DNA of 50,873 nucleotides, from contig JAAPAO010000224.1 in assembly GCA_013115145.1 (NCBI GenBank), forward strand, positions 1-50,873, written 5' to 3'. The position numbers and the translations under genes were made by a program. Positions 22,985 to 34,991 of the stretch are shown here, in pieces (positions within the stretch are counted from its first letter, which is position 1; every line of letters begins with the position of its first letter). This DNA is from Perkinsus chesapeaki ATCC PRA-425. Lineage: Eukaryota; Protista; Perkinsozoa. The notes under the pieces are model-generated. The model was not told the origin of the DNA. It ran no database searches and saw nothing but the letters and a program-made list of their open reading frames with translations.

Positions 22985-25900
22985 TCAAAAAAGAAGTCCG
23001 TCGGCTTTGGGTGCTACATCACGGTTGAACTGCATCAGACAACCGAACAGAGAATCGCTGACAGAAAGGAAAAGCCTCGTAGAATCTGGGCTGAACCCTA
23101 GGCCCGCAACGTTGCCAAAGATATCGATCACCTGATCGATTTCATCTCATTACGCTACACTATTATTATATTACCTGTTCGCTCGTAAAGTTAGACTCGG
23201 TATCCACAACATGTACTAAATCCGCTGGCTCAGCAAATGCAAGAAATCTGCATGAAAATTCCCGACCACCTATCCCTTCTTCCCAATCCAAGTGGTATTA
23301 CTTTCCATCCTTTGAGAAATGACACGTCCTTACCGCTCCAAGGACTGTCCCCAAGGAGCAAAGAGGCGCATCCGACTTTAGATTACGAATATCCCATACA
23401 CGACAGGTACCATCCTAAAGGACGAAGAAGATGACGAATCAACCTGTTGGGTATCTTGCTAGCGAAGAGCTTTGGTATTGGAGCGGCCATCCGTAAAATA
23501 ATTCAAAACGGTTGAGGAAGATCCTAAGCTCAGTTTAAGTCTCGGACACTAAACGAGCTTGAGCCTCCAGTCCTCCTCCCTACTACCTGATTTCCTGTAG
23601 CAAGCATATTACCATCAGGATGCCATGTAGAGCAGAATCCATAATCCAAATGCCCTTTCAATACCAATGCCTTCTGTAATCTAGACCAATCCCTTCTATC
23701 AGATAATACAACAGCTCTATCATCTCCAGAGGCACATAGTATATGAGAGTCACGAGGATTAACCGATACATGGTTTACAGACCATGAATACCTGACCCAT
23801 TTTATCAACACTCCACCAACCCCGACCTATTTCCTGCATTCTACTGCCAGAGTTGTACCTCTCTTTCAAAAAAATTTTAGATTTTTTCACCAAGTTCCCC
23901 TTCCCTGGTCATAGAAATTTCTTTGCCTTCTTGTTAGAGCAGCGATGTCCCACCACGCTCCTCCTCCCTCTTACGTAGCCTCCGAAACAATCGCTCCGCC
24001 ATGTGTGACATCGACATCCCGAAGAATCTTGTCATTGTTAGCCACAACAAGGTGAAGAGGATCACACCCCATTCGATGGAATTCCTGTTCCTCGTTAAAT
24101 TGTGAAGAAAACTGACACAAAATGCCCATCGAACGAATCGAACCAGATACCAACCGATGGACAGACGTGCCCCACACCCTTACGTTATTTGGGAACCTCC
24201 TCAAGCAATGATCTTCAAAAATACTGCCTTCCAGTCCCATCCTAGGAAAACTGCCCCTCCTTCTCCTCCTGCTGCTGTTGTAGCTATCTTCATCCTCGTA
24301 AGGTGTCATAAACGCATCCCCGAATTCGCTGCAACTTTCACCAGTCTCGCTCGAGTTCGAATGATACGCCTCCGTCATACTACCCATAATCCGCCTGACA
24401 TCATCCGTCACTGCGCCACAAAATTACTCAATCTCACCGTTTAGGAGGCTTCTCGTTTTCTGGTACACGTGGCGAAAGATATCCATTCGTTGGAAGTATC
24501 AATGAGTAGTTTGTTATATTATTGGTAGCTACACTCATCCTGGAATTCAATACCTGATAATAATAGTTATTATTATAACCAAGGATATAAGATGGCTCAT
24601 TACAACAACAACACCAAGTCTTGGAAAATTCTACTACTTCTGCTACTACAAATCCGATTGAAAGATGATTTAAATTATAGGACACACCATCATTTGCCGA
24701 ATCATGGGGTTACGCATGTTCCCCGGACAACATTATCTAATTAAATGGGGTTACGCATGTTCCCCGGACAACATTATCTAATTAAACGGGAAAGTGAGCC
24801 CTAAAAGGGCCATCATTTCTATCAAGGGAACCACCACCACCTGACCCCTGACTATTTTGCCCTATTACTCGAAGCCTCAGTAGGGTAACATAGGTTCAAA
24901 ACTCTACAGCTGCCGATATGTTCTAGTGGGCCGTTAAAAATGCACTAAATGCGTTGAAAAAAAGTTATGAAAAGTTAAAGCGCTGAGAAAAAGAGGAAGT
25001 CCTAAATCCTCAGTCTTGAAGCTAACAACATGTATCCTATCCACAGATTAAAGCGCAATGATAACAGCCCCACCATGGTTCGAACCCGCGTCCATCCTAT
25101 ACCCTAATACCTCATGTGCATCGTGGGTCCTTGTGACTATGACAGTGGAATCAAAGCCACCTGAGACAGCGAATCCCCGATTGACATCGATGCTTGATAA
25201 TGTGTGAACAGGTTGTGAATGCATTGTGGTTGCCTGGCCAGTGAGAGTATCAAATTTATACAAGGTCGAGGAGCAAACAACATAAACAGTATCTGAGGAG
25301 GGGAACTAGATATTCCGGTCAATGGTGAGCTGGTACTGTTAGAAGTGGGTACGGTGAGATGACGGAGCTGGAAGTGATCAACGGTAGGATTGAGCCTCCA
25401 AGTTGGCGGGTCTCCGCGATAGCTGCGGGAAAATCGATAGTAGCACAGGTTAACGCGTTCCATCTGACAATTGAATCAACGTGTTTTATATCTTGCATGC
25501 TCAACCTAAAGATACCTCATTGAGCGCGTCTTTTCGTTTCTTCTCTAAGCTATCATTCCAAGCAACATTATTATAATTGGAAAAATCCTGCACTCTCCGT
25601 TGACGATATTCATGTCGGTTTATCGAGAACCTGCACGCATGTACATCGAACTTGGCCTATTTTGTATCTTTACTACCGTTCCCAGGGTATCCCTTGCGGA
25701 TCCGTTTCGGCTGTGTCGGTCTCAGCCGTCCTCGAGGCCCACTGCACCTCAGCTCCGGTAATGTCCCTTTCCGGTGCGGATGTTTGTGCCATCATCGGTC
25801 GAAGTGATGTCAATAAACTCCGACTTGATTGGATCGAACTCTCCTCTGTTACCCACACACGGCTCCGTGGAATCGGCAATGGGGCATCCCGCTCCACTAT

Positions 25901-26499
25901 AGGCTCCTCCTCGGATTCGATCGACCCGAACTCACTACCGTATTCGCTGGAATCGTCGTCGCTTGGAAACCATTCGCAGCAGCTGACCTCCTCGGCGCTT
26001 TCAAATTCGCTCCATTGTGGGTCCCACGCTTCGGCCCATTTGCCCGTGTCAGTAGGCATCCGTGTGTCCTCCACATCCATACCGTCTTCTTCTATAATGG
26101 CGTCCTCCAAACACGCTGCTGCGACATTGTTGGTCCCTTCTACCGGCCATGAGGAGATATCGTCCTCTTCGACCAAAGGCGCTCGGAGGATCACCTTCAC
26201 GCGTTTGCTGTGTCGGCGAGCTCCTAAAGGCTGGTCACAGAGGCCTAGTTTCGGCCCGCTGTAGCTCGACTCTGATCTGGTTTCGGAAGAGACTCTGGTT
26301 GATGATGATTCATGTGATGCATCGCTTAGGACCATAACAGCATATACGACAGGTCCGACACAGACAAGCCACAACTGAAAGCAAGTGCATCATCTGACGT
26401 ATTTTGTATCTTGCACCCTCGACCCTAAGATATCTCTAGTTAAACCTTTTTAGACCCTAGTCTTCCCTGAGACGGCAGCCATATTCCTCGAGACATCAT
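22985..26499 (-). CDS. WD40-repeat protein, DUF2415-type, multi-exon; start provisional
   Basis: VDHFQLRHL, LVVANNDKILRDVDV, WSVNHVSV, GHLDYGFCSTWHPDGNMLATGNQ|DGTCRVWDIRNL, FLAFAEPADLVHV, VIDIFGNVAGLGFSPDS follow the family motif order. Confidence 0.85.
24704..24785 (+). repeat. Exact 41-bp tandem duplication
   Basis: atggggttacgcatgttccccggacaacattatctaattaa x2. Confidence 0.95.
25464..25515 (-). repeat. Intron carrying the dispersed element, copy D (52 nt)
   Basis: GAG|gtatctttaggttgagcatgcaagatataaaacacg..gtcag|ATG; removal joins KKRKDALNE to MERVNL in frame. Confidence 0.75.
26394..26445 (-). repeat. Intron-like dispersed element, copy C
   Basis: AAG|gtttaactagagatatcttagggtcgagggtgcaagatacaaaatacgtcag; a downstream AG (71-nt intron) gives an in-frame join. 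Confidence 0.7.
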
Positions 26500-26882
26500 T
26501 CGAAATCTAGCAAGCGCGTCTCGGTGTTTTACAGAGTTTCACATCGAGTCTTCCAGAGGAGTAGAGGTGGGGGGAAAGCTTAATCGAAGTTCACGCAAGT
26601 TCAAGGCACGTTCAACTGTTCGTAGATACTCCAGTACTAGATCCGTCGCCGATTAGTTTGGCGCGCGCCACGAAATTCCCAAAGCCACGAGACGAGAAGG
26701 CTAATTGGAATGTTTAGGAGCGTCGCTCGAGAGCCAAGAAGAGTGTGGCGGGTCCGAAGGTACCTTAGGTTAATGAATGCATGCTACTCAAGAGGTCGAG
26801 CTAGTGCGTGTTATTTTACAATCGATCAACTTGAGAATTAGCTACCTTCCCCTATAGTTATATTGTATACTCCTCTTCTTCC

Positions 26883-28097
26883 ATGTCTGATAGCGCTTAC
26901 AACTTTTTCTTCTCTGCCCCCAAGGTAGAGCTGCACATCCACTTTGATGGAGCCTTCGACATGGACCTCCTCTACGAGATTGCTAAGCGTGATCTCGATC
27001 AGCTCCCGGAGACCGTCCCCGCCCCCTGGAACGGCCCCGATGCTACCATTGCCGTCCGCTCTGCTATCGCCGCTTGTAAGAACAAAGAGGACTTTAAGAA
27101 GATAACTTGTCTCGGCCCTGAAGCTGTGGTCTCCAAGCGTTTGCAAACTGGCCAGAAGGGCGCTGGTCTAGCCTGTATGCTTGATTGTTTCGCTATCTTA
27201 ACTCCTGTCGTACAAGGCAAGCGGGACGTCATGGAGGAGATGGCCTTCAAGGTCTGTGAACGTCAGTATCGTGAAAACGTTGTTTACACTGAACTTCGAT
27301 ACAACCCCCATGTGTTAGCTCTCGAGGGTTCTACTCTTCCCGATGCTAGAAGTGTCGTTGAGGCCGTTACTGCTGGTATCGAGCGTGGCAAGAAGGTATT
27401 CGGTATCGATATGAATCAGATCCTATGCTGCATGAATTTGATGCCAGAAGTAAGTGCTGAAGTTGCTCAGCTCGCCATCGAGTTCAAGTCCAAGGGCGTT
27501 GTTGCTATTGATGTCGCTGCTGGCGAGAACCATTTCGAAAATGAAGACCTGAAAAAGGCACACGTTGCCGCTTGCTTGGAGGCTGAGAAGGCCGGTCTGC
27601 GAGTCACTGTACATGGTGCTGAAGACGGTTCTTCAAAGAATTTCTGTTGTGCTGTTCGCGAGTATCACGCCGAGCGTGTTGGTCACGCCTACAAGATCGC
27701 GTCTGACCCGGAGATGTATAAAATGGCTCAAGAGACTCATACCCACATCGAAGCCTGTCCTACTTCTAGCATTTGCACTGAGGCAGTCTGCCTTCCACAG
27801 ATCCATCCTGAGAAGCCTATCCTCGATAGTTTGGATTGGAATAAGCATCCTATTAAGAAGTTTATTGAAGACGGTTTGAGTGTTAGTATCAGTACCGACG
27901 ACCCGACCGTATTTTTAACTCACATCACTGACGAGCTCACAATCCTGGCTGACCGTTTCGGATTTGATGCTCACGAAGTTGGTATGCAAGTGACGATGAA
28001 CGCCATTGACAGGTGCTGGGCGACCGATAAGGAAAAGTCGAAGTATCGCGAGGCGGCCGTCGCTTATTATAAAGGTGCGGAGTCGACCCGCCAGTAG
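26883..28097 (+). CDS. ADA: Adenosine deaminase, copy 1, intronless
   Basis: VELHIHFDG, YTELRYNP, TVHGAE, RVGHA, EACPTSS, STDDP; full metal and catalytic residue set. Confidence 0.93.
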   Translation: MSDSAYNFFFSAPKVELHIHFDGAFDMDLLYEIAKRDLDQLPETVPAPWNGPDATIAVRSAIAACKNKEDFKKITCLGPEAVVSKRLQTGQKGAGLACMLDCFAILTPVVQGKRDVMEEMAFKVCERQYRENVVYTELRYNPHVLALEGSTLPDARSVVEAVTAGIERGKKVFGIDMNQILCCMNLMPEVSAEVAQLAIEFKSKGVVAIDVAAGENHFENEDLKKAHVAACLEAEKAGLRVTVHGAEDGSSKNFCCAVREYHAERVGHAYKIASDPEMYKMAQETHTHIEACPTSSICTEAVCLPQIHPEKPILDSLDWNKHPIKKFIEDGLSVSISTDDPTVFLTHITDELTILADRFGFDAHEVGMQVTMNAIDRCWATDKEKSKYREAAVAYYKGAESTRQ

Positions 28098-28229
28098 GCT
28101 GCAAATGTAATTTATGTTCGCATCTGCTTTGCAAGCACGCACCTGGCTTGTTTATAGTTGTATAGATTTTCTTGTGCGGGACCGTTGCATGTTGTTGAGT
28201 AGGCGAGTCAATTAATCGCTTTGCAGATC

Positions 28230-29989
28230 ATGTCGGGATTCTTCGAAGCTGCTCCTAAGGTGGAGTTGCACAATCATTTGGATGCTTCATTTGATACCGA
28301 GCTCCTTTACGAGATTGCCAAACGTGATTTGGATTCCCTTCCAGAGGAAGTAGGACGATACATTTGCTGACGGGACAGGCCTGATAGGTTCCTGCTCCGT
28401 GGAATGGAGGGAATGTCAGAGTTAAGGAGAAAGTTGCTGCCTGTAGCGATCTGGACGACTTTTCTGCGATTGTCAACATGAGGGCGGAGGAGGTCGTCGT
28501 GGGACAACTCGACCGAGGTAGAGTTGGCGACTCTGTCGTGGAGGACCAGAGCGGACGGTTATCCCTCCGAATACTTGAGGCCCATGGAATATGACGGGTG
28601 TCTTCGACTTATGCCATTGGGGGAGGGAAGGTATTCGAAAGACGTGTCATTTGTTTAGGCAGTCGAGGGGCCGGGCTTGCAGCCATGTTGGACTGTTTTG
28701 CAGTATTCTTGCCGATTGTGAAGGGCAAAAAGGAAGTCCTCGAGGAGATGTCATACCGATTCTGTCGAGACCAAGCAAAGGAAAATGTTATTTATACTGA
28801 AGTGAGGTAGGATCAGTCGTACCTCTATATCGGCTCATAATAAGCATCTACGCTGTGACGTCACCCGACCCTCAACTGGCTGAACCTGCCTCTTCAAAAC
28901 CGCCCCTTGAGTTGGTTCTGAGTTGCCCTCCCAGGTACAACCCTCACATTCTCTCGAAGGAGGGCTCCACTTTGCCAGACTCGAGGACAGTCATAAATAC
29001 CGTTAGTAGGGTTGACGTACTCTAGTCTTTAAAGATACTCTATATGTTAGCTGCTGGTTTGAGGCGTGGATGCCAAGAGTTTGGTATCGATGTAAAGCAG
29101 ATATTGTGCTGTATGAATAGGAATCCAGAAATGAGTGCAGATATAGCTGATCTTGCAATAGAGTAATCTACCTACACCTGTCCAGTTAGTGGGGGGAATA
29201 CACTTCTGGTGAGGCAGTGGGGAAACCAGACGACGACTAGCAGATGTTTTTTAATTGTGTCGAAGTGTCCCCATGGTCATGTCATCTATAGGTTCCACAA
29301 TTCTTCTGGAATTGTCGGAATTGACGTAGCGTCAGGCGAGCTGCACTTTGAGGAGGCGGAACTCGGAAAGGTTCACATAGAAGCTTGTAAGCTCCCTTCC
29401 TCAGAAGAGTAGCGTAGCCCAAGGCAGGTCGCCGGGTTAAATCGACGGGTCTTCATGTTACGGTTCACGCGGCAGAGGATGGACCTGGAAAGAATTTTTG
29501 TTGTGCAGTGACAGAGTAGGACCGCCGCGATGTGATGGGTAAATTCTGTCTGGTCTTAGTTACTTCGCTGAAAGAATCGGCCACGGTTATCGCATTTACG
29601 AGCCTTCCCATGTCGACAATCAACTTTATCAGTTTGCTAAGTCTACCGGAGCGCACATCGAAGCCTGTCCTACTTCTAGCATTTGCACTGAGGCAGTCTG
29701 CCTTCCACAAATCCATCCTGAGAAGCCTATCCTCGATAGTTTGGATTGGAATAAGCATCCTATTAAGAAGTTTATTGAAGACGGTTTGAGTCTTAGTATC
29801 AGTACCGATGGTGGTCCTGTATTCTCGACAACTCTGAGCAAGGAACTCTCCATACTAGTTGATCGTTTTGGCTTTGATGAGAGGGATGTTGGTCGCAGAG
29901 TGACTATGTCGGCAATTGATGGATGTTGGGCAGATGAGTCCTCTAAAGCACGGTATAGGAAGTTGGTCGATGACTACTACACATCTTAA
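28230..29989 (+). CDS. Adenosine deaminase-like, copy 2, intron-rich
   Basis: Spliced exons VELHNHLDA, YTEVR|YNP, TVHAAEDG, RIGHG, EACPTSS, STDGGP. Confidence 0.85.
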
Positions 29990-30150
29990 CATCTACTATA
30001 TGTTTAAAGTAACACTCAATGGAGCTCAAGAACTCAATCATCCGGTTTATGTGTGTTTCTTATCGACATGTCACACTTGAGTAGTAAATCAATAACAAAA
30101 CCAAGAACGACCAACGGGTAGAGCAACTATTACAATCACCGTGAACAACG

Positions 30151-32999
30151 ATGCTGCCATCACGTCGTCCTCCAGTAGCACCATCGTCTTCCATCGCACA
30201 AACTGTAAAAGGCCTTCTTCGCTTCCACGCTATGGACCATGTAATGATGCGATACATATTGGTGTGGTGTTAGAACATTCAGGCGCGGAACCGTCCTAAG
30301 AAGCTACGAGACTATTGCTTTGACATTTTGGCGAAGAACTTCCTCCCCTTAACCCTTGAAAGAGAAGAAAATAAAGGTAACACTATCAATCCACGTTGGG
30401 TGCCCTTCTCTGGCTGCAACCATTACCCTCACACAGATGCCACGAGAGGAGCACCTCCATGGGAGAAACTAACGTCATCAGAGTTGAAAGAGGTTTGTTG
30501 CCAATTGCTGCTTGATTATGCCTAGTATGTTGGTAGGTCTACGATAGACTTAGCCTTCATATACCTTTGCTGGATGCCATACGTTACATACCGGATGAAG
30601 ACTATTGGCGGCGGCGAGTCAATGTAAGAAGAAAGCTTAGCCGTTTTATATTTATAGCTGTTCCCTTAGGCGCAAATATTGACCAACAGCAAGAGTGGAG
30701 CTGCCAGTGAGTTGTTGTTATCACCTTTCTAGTTGATCATACCCTCCAGAGACACCGGACGGTCCGGGAACTGTGGTTCTTCATCACCTAAAGACTCTCG
30801 GAGTTGCCCCTGCCTCGAACGGTCTCGATAGCGGTGATTCGCCTAATGCTAGTAATCCAGCGGTCGCAGCAGTGAACCCTCTCGATCATGGTGGAAGCTG
30901 GAAGCAAGCGTAGGAGCTGCCAGAAGCCTTGTAGCGAGAGCAGCTGTGTCAAGATTTCTCGAATGTTGGGTTCGTAAAGAGATCGTTAACTTGCCGGCCG
31001 AGCCTTCACCAGAACAAATGGAGCAACTCATCGAGGTGATTACACATAGCAGCTCCCCGCTACCATCACTCTCGAGGTTATCAGATCCTTAGAGCAACAA
31101 GCGACTCAGTATTCCGCCTCGAATTCGACGAGCTTCCTTCTCATTTGGATTTATCTTTATTAATCGCGAGGTTGCCATGTTTATCCTCTCTCAAAGTATC
31201 TTTTGGGCGTAGACGAAAGTTAGGTCGGTGGCTGCTGCTGCTTTTCTCCTCGAGGAAGTGGCTGCTACTCAACAGGTATGCAATACGACCGCGCGCTGTT
31301 CGGTATGAAACTCGAAGATGCTATTAATTTATCCCGCGGCGTGAAGTGGGTATGTCCCGTCGGATCATTGCTCATACGATTCCATCAGGCTCACCCAGAC
31401 GCTGCACAAGTTGGCCCTTCCTCATAACCTTATCGACGACGAGCTCATCAAAGCAAGTATCCGCGCTCCCATCGATGATGTCGCATTTCCCTTCATTGTG
31501 GGAATGCTTTCTGTCAATCGTACATATTCCGAAGCATCTTCTAAAAAGGCTATTAGTTTCGCATCCTTTTCGCTTTACTCATTTCGTTCATTGGCGTCTG
31601 TTGTAGATTGAGAGCACTCATTATCACCTCGCATGTGAATGGTTCACGATGTGGTCAGATATTAGTCGCTGGACTACAGAACTGCCACTTCCTAACCGAG
31701 TTGGACCTTTCTCACAACAGAATCTGCGATAGAGTGAGCTGATGGACTCGTACCTCGAAAATATCTCATGAAACCGTCATTCAGGGCGCCCGAAAGATAT
31801 CTTCACTCCTTTCCCCATCAAATGAGATCAGATTGAGCAAACTATCTCTCGCTGATAATAATATTCATGCGAACGGCGCGATGCACATTGGTCGTCACTT
31901 GCCGGATAATGATAGCCTTCAAGTCGGTATCGTCTGACTCCCCCACACATCCTTCGTCGGGAAACTGTTCGGCCGTATTTTTATGAAGAACATTGTACAT
32001 GAATAATTAGATCGCTTGGTCAGTAGCCTCCAGGATCGAGTCTGTCGGTGAGCAGCCCGACAGTTGTGAAATATTGCTTCGAGTGCAGACGTTTGAATTG
32101 GTTCAACATGATTCACTTTTGTTAGGATTTGTCCCTGCGGCTCAATCGATGTGAAGACAACGGGGCGTCACATATTCTACAGAACTTGATGCCAAATTCA
32201 ACACTTAGGAGTTTGGATCTTTCGAGCAATGACATAACAATTCAGACTCTACCGTGAGCTCTGGCCAATGGCATCTTTGGAGATGAGCATATTAAAGATA
32301 CCTTACGTCATGCCTTGCCGAGAACGGTACTTTAGCGTCGCTCAACTTGAGCGCAAATCCTTTGTACACAAATCCCGAGGAGCCTGCAATGGCCAAGGCC
32401 GGTACGTTACAAGTGACTAGTTGAAGTTGGAATGACGAATACAGATGGATTCACACGTAACCCACCATCGAAGAAGAAAGGAAAGACTGCCATTACCGAA
32501 GCCGAGTTCATCACGGTTCCAGTAGCCATTGCTTGCTGAGGTTTTCAGCTTTCATGCTCCTCCAATAGGGCTTTGAGGATCTTCAAATTGAGGACAAAAG
32601 CATTATAGGAGTGCTCATTCAATGCCTAGCGACGAAGAATACCGGACTGCGATACCTTGGCCTCCGCTCTTCCAAGTAAGATCCTCATCCATCATTTCCA
32701 AAAACCCACTATTTCATTACAGGTTTCCCCCGGTGCTAGAGCAACGCATAACGCGCTTGCTTACCCGTCGAGATCTAGAACGGCGTGGGATCAGAGTTGA
32801 CGCGTATGAATGGCCGTGGCCAGAGGAAATCAAGTACATCAATTACCCAGTGAAGTGCGAACGTTTCTGGATGCTCTCAGAGAACCGGAGGAAGTCGGAG
32901 AGGATAGCAACACCGAAGAGCAACCGAAAGAAAGTCCACCGCCACAGGGCAGTGACGACGCCAAGCCCCAGGATGAGTAGGATCGTTTTGGTCACTTAA
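30151..32999 (+). CDS. RNI-like LRR protein resembling dynein regulatory complex subunit 5 (DRC5/TCTE1), multi-exon
   Basis: KLRDYCFDILAKNF, IPLLDAIRYIPDEDYWRRR, LALPHNLIDDELIK|ILVAGLQNCHFLTELDLSHNRICDR|GARKI..LSLADNNIHANGAMHIG. Confidence 0.75.
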
Positions 33000-33369
33000 G
33001 TATCTGCGGGCACGACTTGTTGCATGACGTTGGCTGTTGGAAAAAGCCTCCCCTTTCGATAAAGGATGTTCGTCCTCTCAATATAATACTTGCGTTGTTG
33101 CTCAAGAGGCAATGGGCACCGACTGACACTACTAATCCGATAGGCACTCACTGACACGAGGGCAGGTGGGAGTTATAGAGTTCTAGTTAGGAAATCTTTC
33201 CGCTATCACTGTTCCTCCAATACTGTGAAATGACTCCCGTACTTGTCATGACAACAGACACGCTCTTTTTCGAACAACCCGAATCGTTATCGTTCTGCCT
33301 TGGTGGGCAATAATGATTTGCTGGTTGATCCGCACTGGCGTTATAACAATCGAACACAATCCCAAGTGT

Positions 33370-34166
33370 CTAATAATCGATACTATTGTCAATGGATAAC
33401 GAATCACCATCAAGCGAAGCTGTGGCGTATTCACCACCTGAAAGGGGGGCCAGCCATTGGGTTCCATCCCAACCATCATCGGAGTTAATGCCACCGCTCA
33501 CTATCTCATCATCAATCGACATACCCTCTGGAGGAATGAGACTATCCAGCACATCACCACCACCACCATCCGACTGTCCGCGCTGTTTCTTAGACTGCGG
33601 CAAGAAGGCATCGTTATATCTGTTATCGCTACGAGGGAGGCTCTTGTCCAAGGCAAGTGTGCTAGAAGTCATGGCATCAACTATCTGATAAACCAACATC
33701 ATGCCACACAGTAGCCATTAACAGTTGCTGCTGCTTACATCACCCGAAGGTATCGTGAGGGCGTTCGTTGGGAGAGTCTTTCGTGTGATCAAATGGTCCT
33801 GAACTTCATGGGACAGGAGAGCACACAACAAATCAAGCGCCTGGCAACAACCAGCTTATAATAGAAGCAGCAGTGAAATACCATACCTCCTCAGTGTATT
33901 CATCGACTCCATGAGACTTCAACGATCGTATCACTAAATCCCGTCGCTCCGACTCCGCCGTTTTCATAGTCTAAAATGCACTTATTCAAGGGATCGATGT
34001 CGTTCAGGTTTACCTTGGCACTGTGGACGATCGCCTTCAGTGAGCCAGGCACTGACACTAATATATTTCCACCGCTGCCGCCACCGTGATACCCATGATA
34101 CCGATGACCTGTGCTGGCCGCTGCTGCGGCAGCAGCCGCCGCCGCGGTTATGTTGGCAGATGACAT
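33370..34166 (-). CDS. Hypothetical low-complexity protein (poly-Ala N-terminus, acidic C-terminus)
   Basis: Exon-like ORFs 33900-34166 and 33370-33702. Confidence 0.45.
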
Positions 34167-34991
34167 GCAACAACACAACAAGCTGTCCGCTAATTACAGC
34201 ATACACTGCTTCCGCTTCGGCCCCTATTCCCTCCTTGGTAAATCACAAACACAATTATCCCTCTCTTAGCCGAATCTGATCATGCACCTAACGGGTGTTG
34301 ATCTGTAAAAACTGTTAACTTATCAGGGATAAACTTGCCCTAAGATCAGCTTGGACTCTTACGATCATCTAACATTCGGTAGGACCTGCTCTCTATCCAT
34401 GATCGGATATTGATCAGTCAAGAGGAAGGGTGTGTCTGCCAGTCACTGTGACCGCTCTCACAACAGTATCCTTCCCCAACTATGTTCGCTCAAGGCTCTC
34501 ATCGCCAGCCCTCACTCCGATCTCCTACTCCCTCGAAGTACCACCGCCATCCTCATCGTTTATGGTGCCATCATGGTTTTATCTCCTTGCATACCTTAAC
34601 AATCGGCTGTGACGAAACCTCTTTAACCAGTCAAGGCCTCTAGTCTGACTAATATCGAACACGCTGTTATCATCATCGCTGGTGCTACCATAACTCAGCT
34701 CGCAGGTAACCTAAAGTACATAGCGGCTCCGGGCTGTAGACCCTTCCAATACACTCGATCAAGCATGTTTACATTAACCAAACGAGCTCAGAGATGGCTC
34801 TGCGCAAACCACTATGACCTATGTTACGCTCGCTGCTGCTGCTGCTGCCAGCACCCCAAGTAGATGCCTCAAGTCATTCAATATTATCACCTTCAATTTG
34901 CCCGCTTCATAGTTATACTGCACAACACTGTAGGTTCTTGTGTCATGAAAAGGGTACACGGAAAGACAAACAAATGTACAGCAAGTTTAAG

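Noticed and set aside
25662-26264. 200-aa plus-strand ORF, and similar antisense ORFs over ADA and the aminopeptidase
   Set aside because: Antisense shadows of real exons on the other strand, with no recognisable motifs.
26830-26846. Minus-strand GTAGCTAATTCTCAAG as an SL relic
   Set aside because: Two short matching ends with a different, shorter middle, over 300 bp from the nearest start; compatible with chance.
5986-29989. ADAR-like system from the dsRBD gene plus ADA genes
   Set aside because: The ADAs are amidohydrolase-fold nucleoside deaminases unrelated to ADAR's deaminase domain, and lie ~19 kb away on the other strand.
32522-32540. GTAGCCATTGCTTGCTGAG as an SL relic
   Set aside because: Only the first 8 nt match cleanly, and it lies inside the DRC5-like gene rather than before a start codon.
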